Source: an uncultured Eubacteriales bacterium (lineage in GTDB: Bacteria > Bacillota > Clostridia > Peptostreptococcales > Anaerovoracaceae). Taken from it: 64,000 nt of DNA. Both the position numbers and the translations under genes were made by a program. The notes beneath the pieces are model-generated. The model ran no database searches and had not been told where the DNA came from. It worked only from the letters and a program-made list of their open reading frames with translations. The stretch covers positions 1,886 through 65,885 of the forward strand of contig UQXL01000004.1 of NCBI GenBank assembly GCA_900545135.1, in the 5' to 3' direction. Shown here piece after piece: positions 46,845 through 56,159 of this stretch; the first letter of the stretch is position 1, and every line of letters starts with the position of its first letter.

Positions 46845-46870
46845 TAAAAAAGCCGTTATTTTTAACGGCT
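46845..46870 (-). terminator. Intrinsic terminator after the C_GCAxxG_C_C gene, also usable from the plus strand
   Basis: agccgtta-tttt-taacggct with a flanking A-run and T-run. Confidence 0.6.
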
Positions 46871-46910
46871 CTTAAAATATTTTCTAATTCATTTCTTGCA
46901 ATTCTCCCAA

Positions 46911-47330
46911 TCAGTTACGGCCGCTTCCTGGCAGTATTGCTTCCAGCTTTTTGGCCATCTCCTCCACTATCAGATGACACGGATTTTCAAATCCCGGTAT
47001 CTGCAGCCGCTGCAGTTCGCAGCAATGAAGCGTGCTAAAATCGCTCATGAAAGATTCAGTCAAATCGCATATCATCCTATACCCATCCATATTATCCACA
47101 TCGTTTTGCCCCTCCTTTGCCGTCATCAGCCCTATCATGCCTGCGGCAACTGTAAATGCTCCGCAGCAGGACTGTTCGCTCTGCATGCCAAGCCCCATGA
47201 CAGAAAACATCTTTCTAGCTTCTTCCGGCAAATTCAGTTTGTAGTATTCGTTGCACGCGTTATACATCGCTTCCGCGCAGGACAAATCTGTTCCGACGTG
47301 ATAAAAGTTCACCAGTTCATATAGCTTCAT
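46911..47330 (-). CDS. C_GCAxxG_C_C family putative redox protein
   Basis: SCAEAM.., MGLGMQSEQSCCGAFTVAAGMIGL and TLHCCEL fit the family pattern. A ggggagg RBS precedes the ATG at 47330. Confidence 0.6.
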   Translation of the reverse strand: MKLYELVNFYHVGTDLSCAEAMYNACNEYYKLNLPEEARKMFSVMGLGMQSEQSCCGAFTVAAGMIGLMTAKEGQNDVDNMDGYRMICDLTESFMSDFSTLHCCELQRLQIPGFENPCHLIVEEMAKKLEAILPGSGRN

Positions 47331-47443
47331 ATCTTTTTCCTCCCCGGCTTGTCTCACAGTTTCTGAGCTCACTCAAGTTCCCTGCTTACTGCTATCTCGG
47401 CCGCTCTGCAGCAATAGCTCTGTCTTGCGGCAATAGACCTATC

Positions 47444-48166
47444 TTAAAGAAGCAGTTCTATGAAGAAACCCACGATCGGCGTGAGGATTTTGCCCGTCAC
47501 ATTTAATATGATGAGCAGCATCAATATGTAAAATCCGTTGTTATAGACGGTATAATACCAGCTGTATCTGTCCAGCCTGAAAATCTGCGTCACTATACCG
47601 AAGCCGTCCAGCGGCGGCACAGGCAGCAGATTGAAGACCATCAGCACCAGATTTATGCTCATCATGTAGTAGAGTATCCAGAACAGTATTTCCGTAAAGC
47701 TTCCGCTGTAGATATAACCTCCGCCGGACCTTACCAAAAGCCTTATCGCTCCTGCGGAGAGAGCTGCTATGATAAAATTGGTGACGACTCCAGCCAGTGA
47801 AACCATGATCTCATCCACTCTTCTGTGCTTATAATAGGACGGATTTATCTGTACAGGCTCGCCCCAGCCGAAGCCGGCAAAAAACAGAGCGAGAAATCCT
47901 ATGGGGTCTATATGCTTCAAAGGATTAAGGGAAAGCCTTCCCTGAAGCTTAGGCGTAGGGTCTCCCAGCCAGTAGGACACGAATCCGTGTGCCGCTTCGT
48001 GAAAGGTCAGTCCTATGATGATTCCAGGGAGCATCATCAGCTGATCTATCAGCCACTGCCCTATGTCTCTCGTCGATGATAGCATGTTGTTTATCAAAAG
48101 CACGCATATTATTATCAGTATGGCAGGATTTACATTTCTGAACATTCTTCTGAAATTTTCTTTCAT
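47444..48166 (-). CDS. Site-2-protease-family (M50) membrane metalloprotease
   Basis: HEAAHG is the HExxH motif, and LNPLKHIDP... is the second motif. Confidence 0.7.
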   Translation of the reverse strand: MKENFRRMFRNVNPAILIIICVLLINNMLSSTRDIGQWLIDQLMMLPGIIIGLTFHEAAHGFVSYWLGDPTPKLQGRLSLNPLKHIDPIGFLALFFAGFGWGEPVQINPSYYKHRRVDEIMVSLAGVVTNFIIAALSAGAIRLLVRSGGGYIYSGSFTEILFWILYYMMSINLVLMVFNLLPVPPLDGFGIVTQIFRLDRYSWYYTVYNNGFYILMLLIILNVTGKILTPIVGFFIELLL

Positions 48167-48277
48167 CTCTTTCCCCTTTTGTAAAATATTAAATTTATTT
48201 TAGCACATTTTCACCTTGGTTTAAATAATATATTGTAAGAAAAAGGGCTTACTTGCCTGACTGAAAGGTGGTTTTTT

Positions 48278-48637
48278 ATGAATACATCTCTAGTTTGCAT
48301 TGACGTTTATACGGTAAACGAAGGAGATACGCTCCATTCCATAGCAGAAAAATACGATCTGCCCGTCAGCTTACTTATGAGAGTCAACGGTATCGACAAT
48401 CCGTACAATCTCCAGATAGGACGTCGCCTATGCATTCCCGGCACTGAAGATCAGCTTCCTCAGCCGCCGCAGACTCCGGAAAGATGCAGCACTACTCACA
48501 CCGTAGCTCCCGGCGATACCCTGTACTTAATAGCTAAAAAGCACGGCATAAAACTGGATAATCTTATGAGGGCAAATCCGAGCATCGACCCTTACAATAT
48601 GCTGATAGGAACCGAGCTCTGTATCCCTGCGGAATAA
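48278..48637 (+). CDS. Tandem LysM-domain protein
   Basis: There are two LysM repeats (YTVNEGDTLHSIAEKYDL.., HTVAPGDTLYLIAKKHGI..). Confidence 0.75.
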   Translation: MNTSLVCIDVYTVNEGDTLHSIAEKYDLPVSLLMRVNGIDNPYNLQIGRRLCIPGTEDQLPQPPQTPERCSTTHTVAPGDTLYLIAKKHGIKLDNLMRANPSIDPYNMLIGTELCIPAE

Positions 48638-48641
48638 TTTT

Positions 48642-48710
48642 ATTTCGCAGACAATTTGCATTTCTGCGAAACAATTTTATTTCGCAAAGCAATTTGAATC
48701 TCTGCGAAAT
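48642..48710. repeat. Two tandem ~30-bp palindromic units (tttcgcaga-N11-tctgcgaaa and tttcgcaaag-N12-ctctgcgaaa) between convergent genes
   Basis: Read directly. The stems are AT-rich and there is no U-run. Confidence 0.4.
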
Positions 48711-48966
48711 AGTTTGTGTTCCAGAAATATGACATAAGTCTTGGAAATCAAAAAAGAGTGACTGTCACAAAATGGACCGACCTCCAACCGTTAGATTTAT
48801 GCTCTAACTTTTGAATGTCGGTTCACAAGCAGCCGCTCTTTTGTTTTTCATTAGTCCTATGATTGGCAATGCTCCGGCAGACAGCGGCCTCTGCGGTCAT
48901 CAGCTCGTTGCAGGTGCGATGACTCACGCCTATGACCGTCAGAGACGGGCCAGCGGCAAACCGAAA

Positions 48967-49770
48967 TCAATAGGTAAATCCCGTATCAGGATCGGAGTAT
49001 TCCCTGAGCCTGGTCTGATAAGCGTCCATCGCGGCTTCCTCATAGGCCAGCTTTGGTTCGCTTACTTCCAGAACATTTTTCAGAAACCACTTGGTAAACA
49101 GAGGGTTTAAAACGAGGAACGGCCCGATTACGTAAGTACAGAAAAAGTTGTTTATCCTTATTCCCTCTTCTTTCGTCTCGGGGTTCAGTCCCACTCCCCT
49201 CTCAGTCATAAATAAGTATTTATCGGAAATGTTTCCGTAGCCGTAGCCGAATACGCTCTTAAAGCCGACGATTTTTATCGTCTCGCATGGTTGCTCTTCG
49301 GCGTCGTTTCCGCTACCGGCAGCCGAGTCTCCGGCAGCTTCGTCTCTGGCAGCTCCGCCGCCGTCAGGCAAAAAGCTTCCCAGATAGAGAGAATTAAATC
49401 TCTTTCTCGCCTTTCTTCTGGCGGAAAAATCCAGTATTCCAAGACCGTCGCATACTTTTTTATCTTCTTCGATTATCTCCCTGGCGAAAATTTCTCCCGC
49501 ATTGCCAGTCACCAAAAATGCTGTTCCCTGGCCGATGCGCTCCCGGATAACGTCACTGTATTTTGAGAGAGCCTCTATGGCCAGCATCTGGCCCTTTTCA
49601 GTCGTAGTTCCCATATATATGAGGTCCGGTTTTTCCTTTGCAAACAGAGGCTCGTCCTTGAGGCTGGTGTTGACTATTTCTGCTTCAGGAATGCAGCGGC
49701 TCAGATAGGTGACGTTGGCCAGATCACCGTACAGGTTGCAGATTTCCGGGAAAAGAACTTCTATCTTCAT
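48967..49770 (-). CDS. gatD: Lipid II isoglutaminyl synthase glutaminase subunit GatD (CobQ-type GATase)
   Basis: GLGILDF.., IVGFKS.FGYGYGN and a C-terminal His region. Overlaps murT by 4 nt. Confidence 0.75.
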   Translation of the reverse strand: MKIEVLFPEICNLYGDLANVTYLSRCIPEAEIVNTSLKDEPLFAKEKPDLIYMGTTTEKGQMLAIEALSKYSDVIRERIGQGTAFLVTGNAGEIFAREIIEEDKKVCDGLGILDFSARRKARKRFNSLYLGSFLPDGGGAARDEAAGDSAAGSGNDAEEQPCETIKIVGFKSVFGYGYGNISDKYLFMTERGVGLNPETKEEGIRINNFFCTYVIGPFLVLNPLFTKWFLKNVLEVSEPKLAYEEAAMDAYQTRLREYSDPDTGFTY

Positions 49771-51155
49771 GCCGTCTCACCTCTTTCCTCTATGGCCTTT
49801 TCAACGTTTTTAGCTACGTTGTTGCACAGCGTTATGGAATCTGTGCCGTAAAAGATATATATGTCTGTGCCGCTTTCAAGTTTGAGGGCTTTCGGCGAAT
49901 CCAGCTCCCTCTCGACGAAAGATATTCTGTCGTCGCCTATTCCTGCCATCTTGAGCCTCAAGTAATAGTCCTTGGCTCTCGGGCCGGTGACCACTATATT
50001 CTTAATGTTTTCCCTGTTGAGAAATTCAAAGTCCGCATCGTATAGCCAGCAGACGTTTTCTGACCAGTGCTTGCTGTCTCCGAGGCTGTTCATCATAAGT
50101 ATGAGCTCTTTGTCTCCAGGTCTTCCAGCCACGTAATCAAAGGCTCTTGAAGCGCCGAGGGCGTTCTTGTCTTTGGCCATCTGCTTTACGATGCGATGTC
50201 CGCCGGCTTCTTTGACGTCGAACCTGCTCTTGACAATCTCTATCTGCTCAAGGAGTTCCTTTATTCTCTCGCGGCTGTAGCCCAGCTCCCTGAACAGCGA
50301 AACGACGGCTACCACGTTATATATATTGAATACGCTGTCGTTTAAAAGCCTGTATTTCGCCGTCTCTCCGCCGTCTTCCACTTCTATGGTCATATTCTCC
50401 AGGTCAGCGTTTTTTCCCTTGTAATCACATTCAGGCGACTTGAAGCCGCAGTCCGGACAATATGCTTTTCCTATATGATGGTATCTGAGATGTTCATATT
50501 TCAAAATGCTGCTGCACTCAGGACATACCCGTAGGTCGTTGATGAGATTGACACATTCCTTGACGTCTGTATCGAGGCTTTCTATGCCGAAATACTTCCT
50601 CTCGTTTTCCGGCGCTATGCCGCAGGCGATGAGATCGTCGCCGTTGATTATGAGCCTGGTTTCCGGCGGCATTTCCTCCGTCAGAATACGGGCTATAAAC
50701 TCCGGATGTCCGTTTCTCATGATCGAATCTCTCGTCAGGTTGTTTATCAGCAGAAGCTCAGGTTTCAGGGCAGGAAAAAGCAGCGGTGCAGAACGCTCGT
50801 CCATCTCCAGCAGCGCCGTGTCGTACTTGGCTTTTCCGAAAATTCCTGCGCCCATGATGAGGGCTGTGGCTATGCCTGTATTTATGTTGGAGCCGAGACT
50901 GTTGTTAAGCACACGCCTGCCGTCTGCCTTGAACATATCTATGGCCAGATTGCAGACAGTGGTCTTGCCGTTGGTTCCTGTCACGCCGATTATGGCCTTC
51001 GGCTTTTTTATTATCTTAAGGAAATCGGGGCACAGCTTGATTGCCACCACCCCCGGGAAATTAGTTCCGTTATGTCTTGTTATTCTCAGCGCTATGACCG
51101 ACAGCTTGGCCGCCCACAGCGCGATAAAAAATCTTATTTTGTTCATTATTCTCAA
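49767..51155 (-). CDS. murT: Lipid II isoglutaminyl synthase ligase subunit MurT (Mur-ligase family plus DUF1727)
   Basis: IGVTGTNGKTT and a Cys4 zinc ribbon (CPECS...CPDCG). Confidence 0.85.
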   Translation of the reverse strand: MRIMNKIRFFIALWAAKLSVIALRITRHNGTNFPGVVAIKLCPDFLKIIKKPKAIIGVTGTNGKTTVCNLAIDMFKADGRRVLNNSLGSNINTGIATALIMGAGIFGKAKYDTALLEMDERSAPLLFPALKPELLLINNLTRDSIMRNGHPEFIARILTEEMPPETRLIINGDDLIACGIAPENERKYFGIESLDTDVKECVNLINDLRVCPECSSILKYEHLRYHHIGKAYCPDCGFKSPECDYKGKNADLENMTIEVEDGGETAKYRLLNDSVFNIYNVVAVVSLFRELGYSRERIKELLEQIEIVKSRFDVKEAGGHRIVKQMAKDKNALGASRAFDYVAGRPGDKELILMMNSLGDSKHWSENVCWLYDADFEFLNRENIKNIVVTGPRAKDYYLRLKMAGIGDDRISFVERELDSPKALKLESGTDIYIFYGTDSITLCNNVAKNVEKAIEERGETA

Positions 51156-51258
51156 TATCCGTATTCGATTTTATATTTCACTCATATCAATAAGTCATCC
51201 GCCGTAACGTGCATATGCACAGAGCATCAGATGCATTATTATTCAGTGTATTAAAAGA

Positions 51259-52281
51259 TTAACATTTGAATTCTGGTATGATTTCTTTAATCTTTGGCAT
51301 TATACCTATTCCTCCCGGAGTCTGTCCAGGAAGCTGCCAGAAATCATGGGCGCAATAGTTATTGCCTTCTATTATAGCAGGGCCTTTCGGAGTAATAGCG
51401 ACATCCCAGCCTACATACCTCATCTGGGGAATTTCCAGAGCCGCCTTTTTTACCATTTCCACCGCTTCTTTCATAAACGGGACTTTATATCCTATAAGAG
51501 GAGTATGGCTGTATGGATGTTCAGTATAGTGTATTCCTGCCGTCGTATCTCCTGAATGAGCAGGATAAAGGAATTCGCCGGTTTCTACGTCTACAGGTCC
51601 GTGGAGTCCATAATTATCCACAACTCTTCCGTTAATTCCCATTTTGAACACTGCATAAACGCAATGCGGAACGCCTTTTCCGTCTATCATCGTTATCATT
51701 CTCATGGTATTTACTGAAAAAGGATATATCTTATCTATATCAGGATGATTTTCTATTACATCCTCAATTGTGGCGAATCCCTTATCCCTCACATATTTTA
51801 CGAAATCTTCAAAACTATCAAATTTTTCAGTTTCCAGAGATTCGCAGCCGATTCCGCAGCTAAGATCTTTCATTTTTGCAAATATTTTTTTTCTTGTGCT
51901 GAAAAAATTCTTTATATCTTCATCGGAGGCAGTTTCAAGGTCAAGGCACTCTCTTCCTATATATTCTTTGAATCGTTCATTGAATTCATTCTTATTATCA
52001 AAATAGTGCGCATAATCATGATCATTCATAAACATGATGAATTTCTTGCTTCTCATTCTAGTCATATACGTGTCTCTCTGTTTGTGGTTAAGATTCCAAA
52101 ATTCGAATATGACATAATCGTTATAGCCTGAGCCATAGCGAAGAGTACAGTTTATCATATCAAAAAATATAGCAATTTTGCTCTTTCCTGAGCGTTCATG
52201 AGCGTTATTTAATACTTTGGAAAATTTCTCAAAACTAGCCCCTCTGATAACTCTCATATAATACTGCAATCTGCTTTCCAT
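51259..52281 (-). CDS. ATP-grasp domain protein (sugar-transfer-associated ATP-grasp-like)
   Basis: 340 aa. The C-terminal VGWDVAITPKGPAIIEGN is a typical ATP-grasp core. The family assignment is tentative. Confidence 0.55.
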   Translation of the reverse strand: MESRLQYYMRVIRGASFEKFSKVLNNAHERSGKSKIAIFFDMINCTLRYGSGYNDYVIFEFWNLNHKQRDTYMTRMRSKKFIMFMNDHDYAHYFDNKNEFNERFKEYIGRECLDLETASDEDIKNFFSTRKKIFAKMKDLSCGIGCESLETEKFDSFEDFVKYVRDKGFATIEDVIENHPDIDKIYPFSVNTMRMITMIDGKGVPHCVYAVFKMGINGRVVDNYGLHGPVDVETGEFLYPAHSGDTTAGIHYTEHPYSHTPLIGYKVPFMKEAVEMVKKAALEIPQMRYVGWDVAITPKGPAIIEGNNYCAHDFWQLPGQTPGGIGIMPKIKEIIPEFKC

Positions 52282-52293
52282 ATCATCTTCCTC

Positions 52294-53760
52294 CTAAAGT
52301 ACATCTGTAAGTAGTCTTGAAACGACTTCTTTCAGCCTTATAATTATATTTCTTTTATTGTATTCAGACAGCGTCAGCTCATGGCTTTTTTGCATATCCA
52401 TTTCAAAGGTATCTTCCATCTGAGCTGCGAAATCTTCGTCGAACACAAATGCGTTGGTCTCAAAATTCAGTTTAAAACTTCTATTGTCGAAATTGGTAGA
52501 GCCCATGCTGGACACTTCTCCGTCCACCACCAGCGTCTTGGCGTGAAGAAATCCGTTGTCATATATCCATACGCGCGCTCCCGAGCGCAGAAGCTCACCT
52601 ATATAATAATAGGTTGCCCAGTAAACGAAAGGATGGTCAGGCATGCAAGGTATCATTACTCTGACATCTACGCCTGACTGAGAGGCCATTTTAAGCGATT
52701 CAAGTATGCTCTGGTCAGGAACGAAATAAGGCGTCTGCACATACACGTTTTTCTCGGCGTATGTGATCATCCTCATAAAGCCTCTCTTGACTTCTTCCTT
52801 AGGATCTTCCGGTCCGCAGGAAACGATCTGCACACCTTTGCGGCCGGCCTTTTCCGTGCTTAGAGCCGCCGATGGAACGGCTTCTATCTTTTCCTTGGTG
52901 GTAAATCTCCAGTCCATGATAAACCTGGAGTTTAAATCATATACGCTTCCGCCTTCTATTCTTACATGCGTGTCTCTCCAATATCCAAACTTGCGCTTTT
53001 TCCCCACATATTCCTTGGCGATGTTATACCCTCCGGTATACGCTACTTTACCGTCTATTACTGTTATCTTTCTGTGGTTTCTGTAGTTGAGTTTGAGACC
53101 GAGGAAAATGAATTTAGGTTTAAAGAAATATCCGACTTTTCCGCCGGCTCTCAAGTAGTCCTTTAACACTCCTTTGGTTATGTACCGGCTTCCCAAAGCG
53201 TCCATCAAAAGCCGCACTTCCACGCCTTCTCTGGCTTTTTCAGTGAGAACTTCTATAAATCTTCTTCCTACCTTGTCCCTCTTTATTATGAAGAACTCTA
53301 CGTTTACGCTTTCCCTGGCTTTCCTGATATCTTTTATCAGCTCCTCCATCAGCTCGTTGCCGTCAGTGATAAGTCGTATCTCGTTGTCCTGAGTATAGTA
53401 TGCTTTGCCGTAAACTTGATTGAGTTTTATCAGGTGCTGCCATTTTTGTGCGCTTTCCGATCCAAAGTCGTAAGTCTTCTCATCCATGTTGGCTATCTGT
53501 TTTCTCAGTGCGTTGCTGGTGACTCTCTCTTCGGTCTCAGTCATCCTGTTTATCTTTCTTCGGGAAATATTCTGATTAAGAACAAGATAGAGCACGAACC
53601 CCAATACAGGTATAAAGGCCATCACCATTATCCAGGCGAAAATGGCGGAGGACGTCTTTCTTTCGTTAAAAATAACTGTTATGATGAGTAACGCGTTTAT
53701 AACATATAGAGTAATAGGTGAACTGAATATTCCTACGATAAAATTCCAAATACTTTCCAT
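52294..53760 (-). CDS. cls: Cardiolipin synthase
   Basis: Two N-terminal TM segments and two PLD HKD motifs (NHRKITVIDG.., LHAKTLVVDG..GSTNFD). Confidence 0.85.
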   Translation of the reverse strand: MESIWNFIVGIFSSPITLYVINALLIITVIFNERKTSSAIFAWIMVMAFIPVLGFVLYLVLNQNISRRKINRMTETEERVTSNALRKQIANMDEKTYDFGSESAQKWQHLIKLNQVYGKAYYTQDNEIRLITDGNELMEELIKDIRKARESVNVEFFIIKRDKVGRRFIEVLTEKAREGVEVRLLMDALGSRYITKGVLKDYLRAGGKVGYFFKPKFIFLGLKLNYRNHRKITVIDGKVAYTGGYNIAKEYVGKKRKFGYWRDTHVRIEGGSVYDLNSRFIMDWRFTTKEKIEAVPSAALSTEKAGRKGVQIVSCGPEDPKEEVKRGFMRMITYAEKNVYVQTPYFVPDQSILESLKMASQSGVDVRVMIPCMPDHPFVYWATYYYIGELLRSGARVWIYDNGFLHAKTLVVDGEVSSMGSTNFDNRSFKLNFETNAFVFDEDFAAQMEDTFEMDMQKSHELTLSEYNKRNIIIRLKEVVSRLLTDVL

Positions 53761-53944
53761 AATCCTCTTTCTTTAGTCCTAATCTCAAATTCTGTAATAC
53801 CCTCAAGGCACGCTGAGTGCGTTGATGCAGTGTATGGTGAAATTTTCTGCTTTGCTGAAATCATTTCAGACAGTCTGTATGCAGCATCGGGTTTTACCAA
53901 TCGGCCTGCATGCAATCTCAGATTTGCCCTATCGGTTTCTCCTG

Positions 53945-54027
53945 GCGATTTGTCATCCCGGCGCGATTTCGTTTTCCTCCATCCTGTCGGCATGATTTGT
54001 TTTCCCGGTGCGATTTGATTTTGGAAG
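53945..54027. repeat. Two tandem copies of a ~38-nt unit (gcgatttgtcatcccggcgcgatttcgttttcc / gcatgatttgttttcccggtgcgatttgattttgg)
   Basis: Read directly. Confidence 0.5.
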
Positions 54028-54029
54028 AC

Positions 54030-54300
54030 CCAATGTTGCAGAATTTTTAAAAATTAGTCGTATTCTACAACATTCCTCATCTTAAATCAAATTAAATTAC
54101 CGTTAATTTTATGAATGTTGCAGAATTCTGTGAATATCTGAAATTCTACAACATAAATGAGCAAATATGTTGCATTTTTAATCAATAATTATGAAAATTA
54201 CAACATTGAATCAATTTCCCTGTGTTTTCATATCTCTATATGCTGATAATGTTGCATAATTTTAAAAAAACAAAAAATTATGCAACATTTCATGTCGGCA
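54030..54300. repeat. AT-rich array of at least 8 copies of the AATGTTG(C/T)A.AAT motif in alternating orientation
   Basis: caatgttgcagaattt, attctacaacattcc, gaatgttgcagaattctg, aattctacaacataaat, atatgttgcattttta, aattacaacattgaat, aatgttgcataatttt, attatgcaacatttc. Confidence 0.5.
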
Positions 54301-54465
54301 GCTAAGTTTCTCAGTTCTATTTCCTGCCAGCCGTTACCCTCTCGCCTTATATTCTGCAGCGAAAGTCTTGCGATTTCGCAAGGAGCAGCCTGAGAAGAGG
54401 AACAGCCTGCGGAACAGATGAGCAGGGCTTTTGTGCCAGAATTATTCTAACGCCCTCCAGTCTGC

Positions 54466-54697
54466 CCAAAGGCGTTTCAATGGCCGCTTCCTCTCGGCGA
54501 AGCCGATACAATCCTCTGCGGACATTATAACGCTATACAGTCGGTTAAGCAGCGTTTCAATGAACCCTACCTCTCGGCGCAGCCGAATTATATAATCATG
54601 GGTTCATTATAACGCCAGCCAGTCTGCCAAAAGGCGTTTCAATGGCCGCTTCCTCTCGGCGAAGCCGATACAATCCTCTGCGGACATTATATCACGT
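54466..54697 (+). repeat. Three tandem ~65-nt hairpin units of the same family as 2222-2390. Units 1 and 3 are near-identical.
   Basis: ggcgtttcaatggccgcttcctctcggcgaagccgatacaatcctctgcggacattata occurs twice, with gcgtttcaatgaaccctacctctcggcgcagccgaattatataatcatgggttcattata between them. Confidence 0.6.
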
Positions 54698-56068
54698 TTT
54701 TCTCTTCAGCGCTATAAAAATTCCTGCAATGCACAGAGCCGTAAATACATAAAAACAAGTATGAATAGTATCCATTAAAACAGCTGTGTCCGCCTTGTCC
54801 AAAGCCGTGTTTCCCAAGTATGCCCCCATTACAAGAGTAACTACAGCCATGCTTGCAGTGTGCCCGATGGAGCGCATGGTGGCCAGAATTGAAGAAGCAA
54901 TTCCATAGTCTTCTTTTTCCACTGAAGCCATGACGGCGTTGGTGTTGGGAGACGTAAACAAGGCGAAGCCGATTCCCGAAAGAGAAAGAGTGCCTATTAT
55001 CCTGAATATACTGCTTTCCTGCGGCAGAAATGAAAACAAAGCCAGCGCCGCGGCGCAGAAGCCCATCCCGGCAGACGACATTATATAAGGGGAATGTTTG
55101 TCCGAAAGCCGTCCGGCGACAGGAGACAGCACGGCCATAACCAGGGGCGAGGCAATCAGAATCAATCCCGCCGTCTGGGAATTATAGTCCATTACCGTCT
55201 GCAGGTATATGGAAATCAAATAGCTTATGGCGTAAGTCGCGCCGTAATTGAGCAGCGCAGCCAGATTTGAGAAAGCATAAGAGAGATTTTGTCCGAACAT
55301 CCTGACCTCTATCACCGGATTTTCCTGTTTAAGCTCCGTTCTTATGAAAAGAAACATGAGAATTGCTCCGGCCGCCAGTATGAACGGCCCGGCGTCAGAG
55401 GCCGTGAGCGTTGAAAATCCGTACATGAGGCCGACGATGGCGGTAATATAGAGGAATACGCCTCTCCAGTCCATGTGGGACTTGTCCTTGGTGCGGTTTT
55501 CGGCGGGAAGCTTTCTAAACGCGCCATAAAACGCCACCGCCGAAACGATGGCTGCTGCAATAAAAATAGATTTCCAGCCGAAATTATGGTTCAGAAAGCC
55601 TCCCAGCACCGGTCCGGCTGAAAGCCCTGCATAGGTCGAGCTTGTGGAATATCCCAGCACTTTCCCCCTGAGTTCCTTGTCAAAAGCGCCTACAAGAATG
55701 GCTATGTTTGTGCTGAAAATCATCGAAGCGCCTATGCCTTGTCCCAGCCTTGCGAGCAGGAGCATCCACATTTTAGCGGAAAACATTCCAGCCACCGAAC
55801 ACAGCCAAAATATGAGGATGCCTATCCACAGGATCCGTTTTCTCTGGCTTCTGTCGGCTATCTTCCCGAAAGGTACGGCCAGTGCCGCGCAGGTCAGCAT
55901 GTAGGCTGTGACAACCCATCCTACCGCTGCGGCACTTACGCCGAAATCTTTTTCAATATCGGGCACCGACAAGTTGAGAGCGCTTCCCATGAAAGTCGTT
56001 ATGAAAGCTGTCGTGATGGAAACGAACAGCGTACTTTTCTGTTCAGGCGTATAGTTTTTCTTTTCCAT
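54692..56068 (-). CDS. MFS transporter (14-TM, DHA2-like)
   Basis: 459 aa with polytopic MFS motifs. The start is placed at MEKKNY; the ORF extends to 56101. Confidence 0.7.
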   Translation of the reverse strand: MEKKNYTPEQKSTLFVSITTAFITTFMGSALNLSVPDIEKDFGVSAAAVGWVVTAYMLTCAALAVPFGKIADRSQRKRILWIGILIFWLCSVAGMFSAKMWMLLLARLGQGIGASMIFSTNIAILVGAFDKELRGKVLGYSTSSTYAGLSAGPVLGGFLNHNFGWKSIFIAAAIVSAVAFYGAFRKLPAENRTKDKSHMDWRGVFLYITAIVGLMYGFSTLTASDAGPFILAAGAILMFLFIRTELKQENPVIEVRMFGQNLSYAFSNLAALLNYGATYAISYLISIYLQTVMDYNSQTAGLILIASPLVMAVLSPVAGRLSDKHSPYIMSSAGMGFCAAALALFSFLPQESSIFRIIGTLSLSGIGFALFTSPNTNAVMASVEKEDYGIASSILATMRSIGHTASMAVVTLVMGAYLGNTALDKADTAVLMDTIHTCFYVFTALCIAGIFIALKRKT

Positions 56069-56159
56069 AGATAGTATTATACGCCTTTTTAGAAAATGCA
56101 ATTCTTCCGGCTGATATTTTATGTAATTTTTGTTTATTTTGTTTTATTTGCTGTTTCTT

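Noticed and set aside
47444-48166. Calling the M50 protease SpoIVFB (pro-sigma-K processing)
   Set aside because: It is only 240 aa and has no CBS domain, so it fits the generic small site-2-protease family better.
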